Source of the DNA: Propionibacteriaceae bacterium | GTDB lineage: Bacteria; Actinomycetota; Actinomycetes; Propionibacteriales; Propionibacteriaceae | Direction of reading: 5' to 3' | DNA length: 64,000 nucleotides | Assembly: GCA_009780915.1 (NCBI GenBank) | Contig: WQZD01000002.1 | Coordinates: forward strand, 185,499-249,498 | Part shown: piece by piece, positions 45,855 through 55,898 of the stretch | Position numbering within the stretch: position 1 is the stretch's first letter | How the letters are laid out: each line of letters begins with the position of its first letter | Notes under the pieces: generated by a model | Told to the model about the DNA's origin: nothing | Databases searched by the model: none | Seen by the model: the letters and a program-made list of their open reading frames with translations, nothing else | Position numbers and translations under genes: made by a program

Positions 45855-46191
45855 GAGGTTCTCCTTGGGTGACGGCGATGGTGGTCGAGGTGCCAGGGTC
45901 GGGCTCATGGAACCGATCTCTCGGCCATAGTTCCAAGCCGACGCCAACAGGTCGGGAGCGGACGCAGAGAGACAACCTATGGTAGCTGTGTCGCGGGCGA
46001 CAGTGTCTCTGCGTCTACAACATTCGCATGGACATGCCACAGGAGCGCATGACGCGCATCGATACTGTGGCAAAACTCATGGGGACCACCCTAAGGCACC
46101 CCGATGAGGGGTGTCAATCTCATGGCTGCGGCACGGGGAGGCAGGGTCGGCCTTGCCGTACTCAGGCCCCTGTCGGATAGACTCGGCTGTC

Positions 46192-47241
46192 ATGCGCGGA
46201 GAGTACAAGGTCCCTGGCGGGAAACTCGTGACGGTGGTCATCGAGGTGGCGGATGATCATATTCAGCACGCACAAGTGGCGGGTGACTTCTTCTTAGAGC
46301 CCGACGAGGCGTTGGATCGCATCAACTCTGCTGTGGTCGGTCTGCCCACCAGCAGCCTCGTGTCGCAGATCGCCACGGCCATCGAGTCTCGGCTCGATCC
46401 GGGGGACACCTTGGTCGGTTTCACTCCCCGCGACGTGGGGTTCGCTGTGCGCCGCGCGCTCGGAGCGTCGACCACATGGGCCGATCATGTCTTCCAACTG
46501 ATCGAGGACGGCCCTCGCAGCCCGGTCATGCAGATGGCCCTCGACCAGGTCTACGCCGAGGCGCTGTCGCGCGGCACGCGCGGCCCGACCCTGCGAATCT
46601 GGGAGTGGGGCGCGCCCGCCGTGGTGATCGGCTCCTTCCAGTCCCTGTCCAACGAGGTCGATCCCGAGGGCGCCGCCCGCCACGGGATCACGGTGGTGCG
46701 ACGGGTGTCCGGGGGAGGGGCGATGTTCATCGAGCCCGGCAACACGATCACGTACTCCCTCGTCGTCCCAGGTTCTCTGGTCGACGGGATGAGCTTCGAG
46801 CAGTCCTACGAGTTCCTGGACTCCTGGGTGCTGACCGCGCTGAAGGCGGTGGGGGTCGAGGCGACCTACGTGCCCATCAACGACATCACGTCCCCTGCCG
46901 GGAAGATCGCCGGCGCGGCCCAGAAGCGCCTCGTCGACGGCACGGTGCTGCACCACGTGACCATGGCCTACGACATCGACGCGGACAAGATGCTCGAGGT
47001 CCTGCGCATCGGGCGGGAGAAGATGTCCGACAAGGGCACGAAATCGGCGAACAAGCGCGTTGATCCGCTGCGCTCGCAGACGCACATGTCGAGGGAGGAC
47101 ATCGTCGCCTCGTTCGTGGACTCCTTCGCATCGATGCACACCCTGGAACGCAGCCGCGTCACCGAGACGGAAGAGGACGCCGCACGCGCCTTGGTCGACT
47201 CGAAGTTCGGCACACGGGAATGGCTGGCACGGGTCCCCTGA
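46192..47241 (+). CDS. Lipoate-protein ligase, circularly permuted domain order
   Basis: The N-terminal approximately 80 aa (EYKVPGGKLVTVVIEV...VAGDFFLEP) resemble the LplA C-terminal accessory domain. The BPL/LPL catalytic domain follows (RRVSGGGAMFIEPGN...GKIAGAAQKR). Confidence 0.85.
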   Translation: MRGEYKVPGGKLVTVVIEVADDHIQHAQVAGDFFLEPDEALDRINSAVVGLPTSSLVSQIATAIESRLDPGDTLVGFTPRDVGFAVRRALGASTTWADHVFQLIEDGPRSPVMQMALDQVYAEALSRGTRGPTLRIWEWGAPAVVIGSFQSLSNEVDPEGAARHGITVVRRVSGGGAMFIEPGNTITYSLVVPGSLVDGMSFEQSYEFLDSWVLTALKAVGVEATYVPINDITSPAGKIAGAAQKRLVDGTVLHHVTMAYDIDADKMLEVLRIGREKMSDKGTKSANKRVDPLRSQTHMSREDIVASFVDSFASMHTLERSRVTETEEDAARALVDSKFGTREWLARVP

Positions 47242-47319
47242 GCGGTCCATCGTCGCCACATACGGGCAACTCACGGAAAATCTCCTTGCGGGCGTCGGTG
47301 ATTCTGGAAGGGTGAAGCC

Positions 47320-48618
47320 ATGACCTGGTTCCAGCACACGGCCGACGTGATCACCCGTGATCAGATCGAGACGCTTCTCGACCGCGCTGTGGCGGAAGCG
47401 CGTGAGCGTCTGGAGATTCCCGCCCTGAGAAGGGTCCTCCTCCTTCCTCCGGATCTGACGCGCGCCCATTGCGGTGCCGGATGGATGACGGAGCACCTGT
47501 TCCAGCGGCTGAGCGATCAGGGGGCCGAGGTCCATGTCATCCCGACCCTGGGCCAGCACCAGCCCCACACCGACGAGGTGAACCGGTGGATGTTCGGGTC
47601 CATCCCCCCCGACCGCATCCACGTCCACGACTGGCGGAACGGCGTGGTCCATGTCGGCGCCGTCCCCGCCGACATGGTGGCTCGGGAGACCGGCGGCGCG
47701 GCCGACTGGGAGATGCCCATCGACCTGAACGCGATGCTCATGACCGAGGCCTGGGACCTGATCATCACGATCGGCCATGTCGTGCCCCACGAAGTGCTGG
47801 GCTTCGCCAACCACAACAAGAACTACTTCATAGGGCTGGGCGGGAAGCGCACTCTGGGCGCGGCGCACATGGCGTCGGCCGTCTACGGGATCGAGAGGAA
47901 CCTGGGCGCCATGCTGACGCCGGTGAGACGGTGCTTCAACTGGGCGGAGGAGCAGTTCCTCGCCGACCTGCCGGACATGTACATCCAGGTGGTCATGGAC
48001 TACGCCCCCGACGGGAGCCTCCACCACACGGGGGTGTTCGTGGGCGACGACCTCGACACATACCTGGACGCGGCGGCCCTCTCACGCGACCAGAACATCA
48101 CGGTCTTCGACGCGCCTGTGCCGAAGATCGTGGCCGTCATGCAGGCCGACGAGTTCCACGCCACCTGGGTCGCCAACAAGGCGATCTACCGCACGCGTAT
48201 GGCCATGGCCGACGGGGGAGAACTGCTGGTCATCGCGCCGGGGGTGCGACGCTTCGGGGAACAGCCGGACGTGGACGCGCTGATCCGTCGGTACGGGTAC
48301 ATCAGCGCCCAGGAGGTCCTGGCCCTCTACCCCGTCAGCGAGGACATGCGCGAGATCCCCCACGGCACGGCGCACCTGATCCACGGGTGCCCGGAAGGGC
48401 GGTTCACGGTCACCTATGCCCCCGGAGGGCTCACTAGGGAGGAGATCGAGTCTGTGGGGTATCAGTACATGGACCTCGACCAGGCCCTGGCGCGGTACGA
48501 CCCCGCGGTCATGGCCAATGGGTGGAATGTCATGCCCGACGGCGAGGTGGTCTACTACATCTCCACACCGTCGGCGGGCCTGTGGGCGTGGAAGGACCGT
48601 CTGGCCTCACGAGCCTAA
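47320..48618 (+). CDS. LarA-superfamily (nickel-pincer-dependent 2-hydroxyacid racemase/epimerase-like) protein
   Basis: Collinear LarA_N-type pattern: LLPPDLTRAH, PTLGQHQPHTDEV, IHVHDW, GHVVPHEVLGFANHNKNYFIGLGG....AAH. The substrate is unknown. Confidence 0.75.
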   Translation: MTWFQHTADVITRDQIETLLDRAVAEARERLEIPALRRVLLLPPDLTRAHCGAGWMTEHLFQRLSDQGAEVHVIPTLGQHQPHTDEVNRWMFGSIPPDRIHVHDWRNGVVHVGAVPADMVARETGGAADWEMPIDLNAMLMTEAWDLIITIGHVVPHEVLGFANHNKNYFIGLGGKRTLGAAHMASAVYGIERNLGAMLTPVRRCFNWAEEQFLADLPDMYIQVVMDYAPDGSLHHTGVFVGDDLDTYLDAAALSRDQNITVFDAPVPKIVAVMQADEFHATWVANKAIYRTRMAMADGGELLVIAPGVRRFGEQPDVDALIRRYGYISAQEVLALYPVSEDMREIPHGTAHLIHGCPEGRFTVTYAPGGLTREEIESVGYQYMDLDQALARYDPAVMANGWNVMPDGEVVYYISTPSAGLWAWKDRLASRA

Positions 48619-48658
48619 GTCGCCGGGCCTCTCCTGAGGGGAAAGTCGATCGGTGAGG

Positions 48659-49426
48659 TCACTCAGCGATGTCGCAGCAGGCGTCGGTCGGGGGTACGTC
48701 GGCCGGGGGAGTGGCGGTCGAAGGGGCGGCGGTGATCTGGGCGGCCAGATGACCGGCGCCGTACCCATTGTCGATATTGACCACCGCCACGCCGGGGGCG
48801 CAGGCGTTGAGCATGGACAGCAGGGCGGCCAAGCCGTCGAAGGAGGCCCCGTACCCCACCGATGTCGGGACCGCGACCACGGGGCAGGAGACCAGTCCGG
48901 CCACCACCGACGGCAGGGCGCCGTCCATCCCGGCGACCACGACGATGGCGCCCGCGTCCCGAAGGAGGTCGAGGTGGGCGAGGATCCGGTGCAACCCGGC
49001 CACGCCGACGTCGACGATCAGACGCGCGTCGCGACCGAGGAATCGGGCGGTCAGCCAGGCCTCCCTCGCCACCGGCAGGTCGGAGGTCCCGGCACAGGCC
49101 ACGACGACCAGGGCGCCCGAGGGGTCAGGGACGTCTCTCGGCCACCAGGCGAGGCGCGCCGACTCGTCGTGACCGGCGTCGGGAAGGCAGGACAGCACGC
49201 CCGCAAGGGTGTCGGGCGTCGTGCGGGTGAACAGGGCAGGCGCCTGACGGCGAGCCAGTTCTTGGGCTATACGGGCGACCTGGTCGGCGGTCTTGCCCTC
49301 ACAGAAGACGGCCTCGGGATATCCGCGTCGACGTGCACGGTCCAGGTCGAGGGTGGCGATGTCGGCCAGGGGATCGAGTCCTCCAGGCCCGGCAGGACTC
49401 GCGTGATCGATCGGGGAGTCAGTCAT
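48659..49426 (-). CDS. larB: Nickel-pincer cofactor biosynthesis protein LarB (PurE-like carboxylase/hydrolase)
   Basis: AGTSDLPVA and VVAGMDGALPSVVAGL PurE-fold motifs, plus a LarB-type N-terminal extension. Confidence 0.88.
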   Translation of the reverse strand: MTDSPIDHASPAGPGGLDPLADIATLDLDRARRRGYPEAVFCEGKTADQVARIAQELARRQAPALFTRTTPDTLAGVLSCLPDAGHDESARLAWWPRDVPDPSGALVVVACAGTSDLPVAREAWLTARFLGRDARLIVDVGVAGLHRILAHLDLLRDAGAIVVVAGMDGALPSVVAGLVSCPVVAVPTSVGYGASFDGLAALLSMLNACAPGVAVVNIDNGYGAGHLAAQITAAPSTATPPADVPPTDACCDIAE

Positions 49427-50255
49427 GGGCCGCCACCGACATGGTGAAGCGGCCCGACTGCATGCCGGCCAGATCGAGGGTCACGTACGCGAAGCCTGCG
49501 GCGCCAACCCCGGCGAGGAGGTCGTCGCGCACGGACAAGGCGCGGGGGAAGTCCTCCAGGGGGATCTCGATGCGGGCGACGTCCCCATGGTGGCGCACTC
49601 TGGCGTCGCGGAAACCGGCGGCGCGCACCGCCTGCTCGGCGAGGTCCACCTGACGCAGGTTCTCGGCGCTGATGGCGGTGAAATGGGGGATGCGAGAGGC
49701 CAGACACGGGGACGCGGGTTTCTCGGACACGTCCAGGTGGAGGTCCCGGGCCAGGCTGCGGACCATCTCCTTGGTCAACCCGGCCTCGGCCAACGGTCGA
49801 AGGATGTGGTGGTCCGTGGCCGCACGGGCGCCGGGACGGTCGAGGCGGAGCGCATCGTCCGCGTTCTCGCCGTACGCGACGGCGTCCAGCCCCCAGGGCT
49901 CGGCGATGTCGTCGACGATCTGGGCGAACAGCGCGGACTTGCAGTGGTAGCAGCGGTCGGGGCCATTGGCTCGGTACGCGGGGTCGTCCAACTCACGTGT
50001 GGGGACCTCGACCACGGTGGCGCCCAGGGAGGAGGCTGTCCTGTGGGCGGCCTGGCGTTCCTCGGCGGGGAGGGAGTCCGACACGGCCAGGAGCGCCACG
50101 ACATTGTCGTGGCCCAGGTGTCTCAGCGCGACGGCGAGCAGCACGGTGGAGTCCACACCGCCGGAGTAGCACACCCCCAGACGGCGGGGATGGCCGATCT
50201 GATGTGCGACGCGGGATTCCCACGCCGCACACTGCTCGCTGAGCGACTGGGTCAT
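49419..50255 (-). CDS. larE: ATP-dependent sacrificial sulfur transferase LarE
   Basis: PP-loop YSGGVDS and PASPCLASRIP (the sacrificial Cys region). The ATG forms an ATGA overlap with the helicase stop. Confidence 0.88.
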   Translation of the reverse strand: MTQSLSEQCAAWESRVAHQIGHPRRLGVCYSGGVDSTVLLAVALRHLGHDNVVALLAVSDSLPAEERQAAHRTASSLGATVVEVPTRELDDPAYRANGPDRCYHCKSALFAQIVDDIAEPWGLDAVAYGENADDALRLDRPGARAATDHHILRPLAEAGLTKEMVRSLARDLHLDVSEKPASPCLASRIPHFTAISAENLRQVDLAEQAVRAAGFRDARVRHHGDVARIEIPLEDFPRALSVRDDLLAGVGAAGFAYVTLDLAGMQSGRFTMSVAAHD

Positions 50256-51673
50256 GGCTGGGTCTTGACGACCTTCCGGCGACGCCGACGCCGGGGCTGG
50301 GATTCTCCCGCCTCGGCCGCATGGGCGGTCTTGGCCGACCCGTGCTCGGTCTTCTCGCGGATGACCACGCCGTTGCTGCGACGTTGCCGACGGCCCGGCT
50401 TGCGGGCCGCGTCGGGAGCTTCGCCGGCGCCATGGTGGTGGGGCTTCTTCTTCTCCCGCGGGGCCTGTGCCTCGGGGGCGCGAGGAGCGCTCACGCGTCC
50501 GGTCGTCCCCTCGGGGATGCCCAGGTCTTCCAACAGCTGCGGGGTGGTGGAGTACGCCTCCATCGGGTTGGCGAAGTCGAGTTCGAGGGCTCGGTTGATC
50601 ACCTTCCAGCGGGGGATGTCCTTCCAGTCCACGAGGGTCACGGCGGTGCCGGTACGCCCGGCGCGGGCCGTACGCCCGATGCGGTGGACGTAGGTCTTCT
50701 CGTCGTCGGGGCAGTCGTAGTTGATCACATGGGTGACGTTGTCGACGTCGATGCCGCGGGCAGCGACGTCCGTGCACACGATGGCCTGCGCCTTCCCGGC
50801 CTTGAACTTGGCCAGGGACTTCTCCCTCACGACCTGGCTCAGATCGCCATGGATGCAGGTGACCTTGAAACCACGCTCATCCAAGTCGTCGGCGAGACGC
50901 TGGACTTCGCGCTTGGTCGTGCAGAAGATCATGACACGATTCGCCTCAGGGGTCGCCAGGAGCTTGCCGACGATGGAGGGCTTGTCCAAGTCGTGGGCTT
51001 GGTAGACGAACTGGGTCGTCAACGGCACGGTGGTCGCCTGGTCGTGCGCCTCGGCTCGGATGTTGATCGGCTGCGTGAGGTGGGTGCGCGCTAGGGAGAC
51101 GATGGCGGTCGGCATGGTGGCCGAGAACAGCAGGGTCTGACGGTCGCGGGGGGTGGCGGCGATCAGCTTCTCCACGTCGGGGAGGAAGCCCAGGTCCAGC
51201 ATCTCGTCGGCCTCGTCGAGCACGAGGACGCAGATCGCGCCCAGGTCGAGGTCGCGGCGGTTCTTCAGGTCGAGGAGGCGTCCGGGCGTGCCCACGACGA
51301 TGTCGACGCCCTTGGCCAGTTGCTCCAACTGGGGCTCGTACCCCACTCCGCCGTAGACGGTCAGCACGCGCACGTTCATGCCGCGAGAAGCCGTCGCGAT
51401 GTCGTCGGCGACTTGGAGGGCGAGTTCACGGGTGGGGCACATGACCAGGGCCTGGGGGCGAAGGTCGTCACGTTCCCGATTGATCCTCTCCAGGATGGGC
51501 AGCCCGAAAGCGAGGGTCTTCCCCGTGCCCGTGCGCGCCTGGCCGATGAGGTCGACGCCTTTCATGGCGATGGGGATGGCCTGCTCCTGGATGGGGAAGG
51601 GGTGTGTGATGCCCGCTTCGGCGAGAGCGGTCACGCAGGCTGGGTTGATGCCGAGGTCGGCGAAGGTCGTCAA
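50252..51673 (-). CDS. DEAD-box ATP-dependent RNA helicase
   Basis: Q-motif, AQTGTGKT-type (ARTGTGKT), DEAD, SAT and HRIGRTARAG motifs, with a basic C-terminal tail. Apparent TTG start. Confidence 0.92.
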   Translation of the reverse strand: MTTFADLGINPACVTALAEAGITHPFPIQEQAIPIAMKGVDLIGQARTGTGKTLAFGLPILERINRERDDLRPQALVMCPTRELALQVADDIATASRGMNVRVLTVYGGVGYEPQLEQLAKGVDIVVGTPGRLLDLKNRRDLDLGAICVLVLDEADEMLDLGFLPDVEKLIAATPRDRQTLLFSATMPTAIVSLARTHLTQPINIRAEAHDQATTVPLTTQFVYQAHDLDKPSIVGKLLATPEANRVMIFCTTKREVQRLADDLDERGFKVTCIHGDLSQVVREKSLAKFKAGKAQAIVCTDVAARGIDVDNVTHVINYDCPDDEKTYVHRIGRTARAGRTGTAVTLVDWKDIPRWKVINRALELDFANPMEAYSTTPQLLEDLGIPEGTTGRVSAPRAPEAQAPREKKKPHHHGAGEAPDAARKPGRRQRRSNGVVIREKTEHGSAKTAHAAEAGESQPRRRRRRKVVKTQP

Positions 51674-51772
51674 TGAGTCGGTCAGGGTACTGCCTTACTG
51701 GAGGCCCGCGGTGGCGCGGGGACAATGTTCATGGGTTTGCCAGGCGCTGGGCCTCGGCTACCGGCAGTCAGT

Positions 51773-54028
51773 CTACCGTGATATGCCAACGTCGCGCGCC
51801 GGTGTCGGGGTGAAACGCCGTAACCAGAGGGAATTCTGCAGGACGAAGACCGAGGAGAAGGCCATCGCCGCGCCGGCCACCATCGGGTTCAGCAGCCCCA
51901 GGACGGCCAGCGGGATCGCGGCGACGTTGTAGGCGAAAGCCCAGAAGAGGTTCATGTGGATGCGTCCCAGTGTCGCCCGGGACAAACGGATGGCGTCCAC
52001 CGCCGAGAGCAGGTCGTCGCGGACCAGGGTGATGTCGCTGGCCTCGATGGCGACGTCCGAGCCCGCCCCCATGGCGATGCCCAGGTCGGCCTGGCTCAGA
52101 GCGGCCGCGTCGTTGATCCCGTCGGCGACCATGGCCACCACATGCCCCTGCGCCTGAAGCTCGGCGACCACGGCCACCTTGCCCTCGGGCAGGACGGAGG
52201 CGATCACATGCTGGATGCCGACCTGGGAGGCGACGCTGTGGGCCACGGTGGCGTTGTCCCCGGTGAGCAGGCACGGGGTCGTCCCCAAGGCGATCAGGTC
52301 GGCCACCGCCTGAGCGGACGTGGCACGGACGGTGTCGGCCAGCGCGATTAGTCCCCGCACACGACCGTCCCATGCGACGGCGACCACCGTACGGCCCCGG
52401 GACTCGTGGTCGATGCGTGCGGACTCCAACAGCGGGCTGATCGTGGCGGACTCGGCGACCCAGGAGACCCGGCCCACCGACACCGTCGATCCCGCTCCCG
52501 ACCCGTCGTCGACCTGGGCGGTCATGCCCAGTCCGGCGTGGGAAGCGACATGGGACAGGGCTGGGAGGGCGAGGGGGGCGTCGTGCGAGAGGGCATGCGA
52601 CGCGATCGCTTGGGCGAGAGGATGGGTGGAGTTGGACTCCACGGCCACAGCCACGCTCAACACGGTGAACGGATCGGCGCCATCGTCCACGATGAGGTCG
52701 ACGACGCTCAGGCGGCCGCTGGTGACGGTGCCGGTCTTGTCCAGGACGACCGTGTCGATGCGGCGCGTGGACTCCAGGATCTGCGGACCGCGGATGAGGA
52801 TGCCCAGGCTCGCCCCCCGACCGGTGCCCACCATGATCGCGGCCGGCGTCGCCAGACCCAGGGCGCAGGGGCACGCGATCACCAGGACCGCCACGGCGGC
52901 GGCGAAGGCCTGCGCGGCCGGGTGGCCGGTGAGCGACCATCCGATCCAGGTCAGCACGGCGATGGTGATGACCACGGGGACGAACACGGAGGAGATCGTG
53001 TCGGCGAGGCGTTGGACGGGGGCCTTGCCCGTCTGCGCCTGCTCGATGAGCCGGCCGATCTGGGCCAACTGCGTGTCGGCCCCCACTCGGGTGGCGCGCA
53101 CCACGAGGCGGCCCTGGGCGTTCATCGTCGCCCCGACCACCGGATCGCCGGGACCCCGGTCGCAGGGGATCGACTCCCCGGTGAGCATGGACTCGTCCAC
53201 GGCGGAGTGCCCGTCCACGACGACGCCGTCGGTGGGGATCTTCTCTCCGGGCAGGACGAGGCAGAGGTCTCCGACCGCCACCTGGTCGATGGGGATCGGC
53301 GTGGGCGTCCCATCGACGAGGACGGTGGCGTCCTTGGCGCCTAGGTCGAGCAGGGCTCGGATGGCCGCGGAGGATCGGCGCGACGCGCCAGCCTCCAGGT
53401 GACGGCCCAGCAAGATGAGGACGGTGAGGACGCATCCCACTTCGAGGTACAGGGTCATCGTCGCCGATTCGCGCGAGGGGAACCACTCGAGGGGCATCCT
53501 CATACCCATAACCCCGGCGGGCGTCCAGCACAGCGCGTACACGCTCCACAGGAAACTGACGAGGACTCCCAAGGAGACGAGGGTGTCCATCGTGGCGGAC
53601 CGATGCCGCAGGTTGACCGCCATCGCCCGATGGAAGGGCCAGGCGCCCCACGACACGACGGGAAGGGCCAGGACGAGGCTCACCCACTGCCAGCCCGGGA
53701 ACTGGGCGGGGGGGATCATCGCCATGGCGGCCACGGGAAGGGTCAGGCAGGCGCTCACCACCAGTCGGGACCCCACGGCAGGTGCGTCAGGCGACGGCTC
53801 GGGGTCGGGTTGGTGCAGGCTGGCCCCGTACCCTGCCGCCTCGATCACGGCGACCACGGCTTCCGTCGAGGTGGAGTCGGGCGTGACGACCCTCGCACGC
53901 CCGGTGGCGAGGTTGACCGATGCCGACACCGAGTCCATCTTGCCCAGTTTCTTCTCGATCCTGGCCACACAGGACGCGCAGGTCATCCCGGTGATGTCGA
54001 GGTCAAGGGTGCGTGTCACGGCATCCAT
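51773..54028 (-). CDS. copA: Copper-translocating P1B-type ATPase
   Basis: N-terminal GMTCASCV metal-binding domain, CPC in TM6, DKTGT, and GDGINDAP-like (ADGINDAA). Start chosen at [10 protein letters not shown]. Confidence 0.92.
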   Translation of the reverse strand: MDAVTRTLDLDITGMTCASCVARIEKKLGKMDSVSASVNLATGRARVVTPDSTSTEAVVAVIEAAGYGASLHQPDPEPSPDAPAVGSRLVVSACLTLPVAAMAMIPPAQFPGWQWVSLVLALPVVSWGAWPFHRAMAVNLRHRSATMDTLVSLGVLVSFLWSVYALCWTPAGVMGMRMPLEWFPSRESATMTLYLEVGCVLTVLILLGRHLEAGASRRSSAAIRALLDLGAKDATVLVDGTPTPIPIDQVAVGDLCLVLPGEKIPTDGVVVDGHSAVDESMLTGESIPCDRGPGDPVVGATMNAQGRLVVRATRVGADTQLAQIGRLIEQAQTGKAPVQRLADTISSVFVPVVITIAVLTWIGWSLTGHPAAQAFAAAVAVLVIACPCALGLATPAAIMVGTGRGASLGILIRGPQILESTRRIDTVVLDKTGTVTSGRLSVVDLIVDDGADPFTVLSVAVAVESNSTHPLAQAIASHALSHDAPLALPALSHVASHAGLGMTAQVDDGSGAGSTVSVGRVSWVAESATISPLLESARIDHESRGRTVVAVAWDGRVRGLIALADTVRATSAQAVADLIALGTTPCLLTGDNATVAHSVASQVGIQHVIASVLPEGKVAVVAELQAQGHVVAMVADGINDAAALSQADLGIAMGAGSDVAIEASDITLVRDDLLSAVDAIRLSRATLGRIHMNLFWAFAYNVAAIPLAVLGLLNPMVAGAAMAFSSVFVLQNSLWLRRFTPTPARDVGISR

Positions 54029-54176
54029 TCTTCCATGGCTGGGCACAGGCGTGCAGTCCCCTGCGTCGCGCTGGCGGCAGGGGCGAGGCCACGCCCAGCG
54101 ACCGCCGTCCCCCTGTCGTTCTGATATCCGGCAGGGGCCGAACATGGGAGAATGGGTCGAAGCGAGAGGAGACGAG

Positions 54177-54626
54177 ATGAGACTAGGTCTTGTTGCTCAC
54201 GACGATAAAAAAGGCGAACTCATGGAATGGTGCGCTTTCAACCGGGGAACACTGTCACACCACGATCTGTGGGCCACCGGCACGACGGGAACCTTGCTGG
54301 AACACGAGATCGGCTTGAAGGTCCATCGGCTGTTGTCCGGTCCCATGGGCGGTGACCAGCAGATCGGGGCCATGATCGCCACCGGGACCTTGGACGTGCT
54401 GTTCTTCTTCTGGGACCCAGAATCCCCCCAACCCCACGACCCGGATGTCAAAGCCCTGCTGCGACTGGCGACGCTGTGGAACGCGCCGACGGCGTGCAAC
54501 ACCGCGACAGCAGACATGATCATTTCATCCCCGCTGTTCCACGGAGAGTACAAGCCGCGCCGCCCCGACGTCTCGGACCGTCTGGTGACGGTGGACTCGG
54601 ACGGCCGGATCCTCATCGACATGTGA
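54177..54626 (+). CDS. mgsA: Methylglyoxal synthase
   Basis: [24 protein letters not shown] and [13 protein letters not shown] motifs. 149 aa. Confidence 0.92.
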   Translation: MRLGLVAHDDKKGELMEWCAFNRGTLSHHDLWATGTTGTLLEHEIGLKVHRLLSGPMGGDQQIGAMIATGTLDVLFFFWDPESPQPHDPDVKALLRLATLWNAPTACNTATADMIISSPLFHGEYKPRRPDVSDRLVTVDSDGRILIDM

Positions 54627-54693
54627 GGCGACCCGTCGGCGCGGGCGGCGCCGGGCGGCGCCGGGCGGCGCCCAGGGCTGGAGGAGCGAGGCG

Positions 54694-55815
54694 CTAGAAG
54701 CGCTGGTTCCACATGTCCAGGCGCCACCTGTCACCCGATCGGGTCAGGACGGACATGGCGCAGTTGGCCATCACCCTCAGCGCCCGGGACTGGGGGTACG
54801 ACCATCCCAACAGGTTGCCCACCCCCATCTGCAGGGCGAACCCGTGGGAGACCACCAAGGTCGTCAGTCCGTCGTGGGCGCACTCACGCAACGCGGCCCC
54901 GATCCGAGCCCCGACCTCCATGCCGGTCTCGCCGGTCACGCCGTGCCGGTAGTCGAGCCCGTAATGCCGCGCCTCCGCGTACTGCGGGTCGAGGGCCATG
55001 GCCTGGTTGACCGTGAGACCCGACCACGAGCCCACGTCGAGTTCTTTCAAGCGATCGTCGATGTCGACCTGCGCGTCGAGGATCGACTCCACGGCGGCGG
55101 ACGTCTGACGGGCCCTCACCAGGGGCGAGCAGACGATCGTGTCGGGCTTCCACACGGCCACGTGCTGGGCGGACATGGCGACTTGGGCCTGGCCCTCCGC
55201 GTTCAACGGCGGGTCGGCGTTAGAGCCTTGGAAGCGGTGCAGGACGTTCCAGTCGGTCGTGCCGTGGCGCCACAGGACCAGGGTCGCCACCTGGTCCAGG
55301 CCCGGCGTGGACCATTCCATGACGTAGTCGTCCATGAAGAAGCCGCCCCCGATGTCGGTGACGATGGCTTTGACGGTCCTGAAGCCGAGCTTCTCGTAGG
55401 CCGCGATCGAGCCGGCGTTGGTCTTGTTGACGGTCAGTTGGATGGTGGGCAGTTCCGCGGCCACGCGCCAGTGCTCGAGAAGGTTGAGGAACTGGCGGGA
55501 CAAGCCATGGGCACGATAGGAGTTGAGGACGTACAACTTCGACAGGAACAGCCGATTGGCCTCCTGGACCGCCCCGCAGTATCCGACGGGACGCCCCGTC
55601 TCCTCGTCCTCGGCGATCCAATAGCGGTAACCACGCTGCTCGATGTCCTCGGCGATGCGCTGGGGGGACTGGACGGTCGACAGCATGTACGCCACCTGGT
55701 CCGCCCCGATGAGAGGGGTGTAGTGCTCGGTCCAAATCTCCTTGGCGAGGGCGGCGATGACGCGCCCCTCCTCGCCTGCGTGTTCGGCGTCCGCCTCACG
55801 TATGCGAATCTCCAT
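54694..55815 (-). CDS. Fusion protein: N-terminal GNAT acetyltransferase plus C-terminal histidine phosphatase (phosphoglycerate-mutase family)
   Basis: The GNAT core is RAHGLSRQFLN...AYEKLGF. LWRHGTTDWN (the RHG catalytic motif) and a distal SHG follow. A GAAAGGAG RBS precedes the ATG at 55815; the track start is 55851. Confidence 0.75.
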   Translation of the reverse strand: MEIRIREADAEHAGEEGRVIAALAKEIWTEHYTPLIGADQVAYMLSTVQSPQRIAEDIEQRGYRYWIAEDEETGRPVGYCGAVQEANRLFLSKLYVLNSYRAHGLSRQFLNLLEHWRVAAELPTIQLTVNKTNAGSIAAYEKLGFRTVKAIVTDIGGGFFMDDYVMEWSTPGLDQVATLVLWRHGTTDWNVLHRFQGSNADPPLNAEGQAQVAMSAQHVAVWKPDTIVCSPLVRARQTSAAVESILDAQVDIDDRLKELDVGSWSGLTVNQAMALDPQYAEARHYGLDYRHGVTGETGMEVGARIGAALRECAHDGLTTLVVSHGFALQMGVGNLLGWSYPQSRALRVMANCAMSVLTRSGDRWRLDMWNQRF

Positions 55816-55898
55816 GACACTCCTTTCCCCTGCATGATAGCTGGCGGACATGCCTCGACTCCACTTGTTTCACCGATCCATGCCATATCCTTTTCTCT

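Noticed and set aside
45855-46110. Calling a SAM riboswitch (S-box or SAM-IV) upstream of metQNI.
   Set aside because: I could not find the conserved core elements in the correct order on the metQ strand. I reported it only as an unresolved structured leader.
54029-54145. An N-terminal 39-aa extension of CopA (track start 54145) and a CsoR/CopY-type operator in the copA-mgsA spacer.
   Set aside because: The extension is Arg/Cys/Pro-rich and precedes the canonical [10 protein letters not shown]...GMTCASC start. No convincing CsoR-like pseudo-palindrome could be identified by eye.
54643-54672. A 3 x 10-bp tandem repeat, GGGCGGCGCC, between the convergent mgsA and GNAT-phosphatase genes.
   Set aside because: It is a short GC-rich low-complexity run in a convergent terminator region. 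Nothing suggests a function beyond secondary structure or replication slippage.
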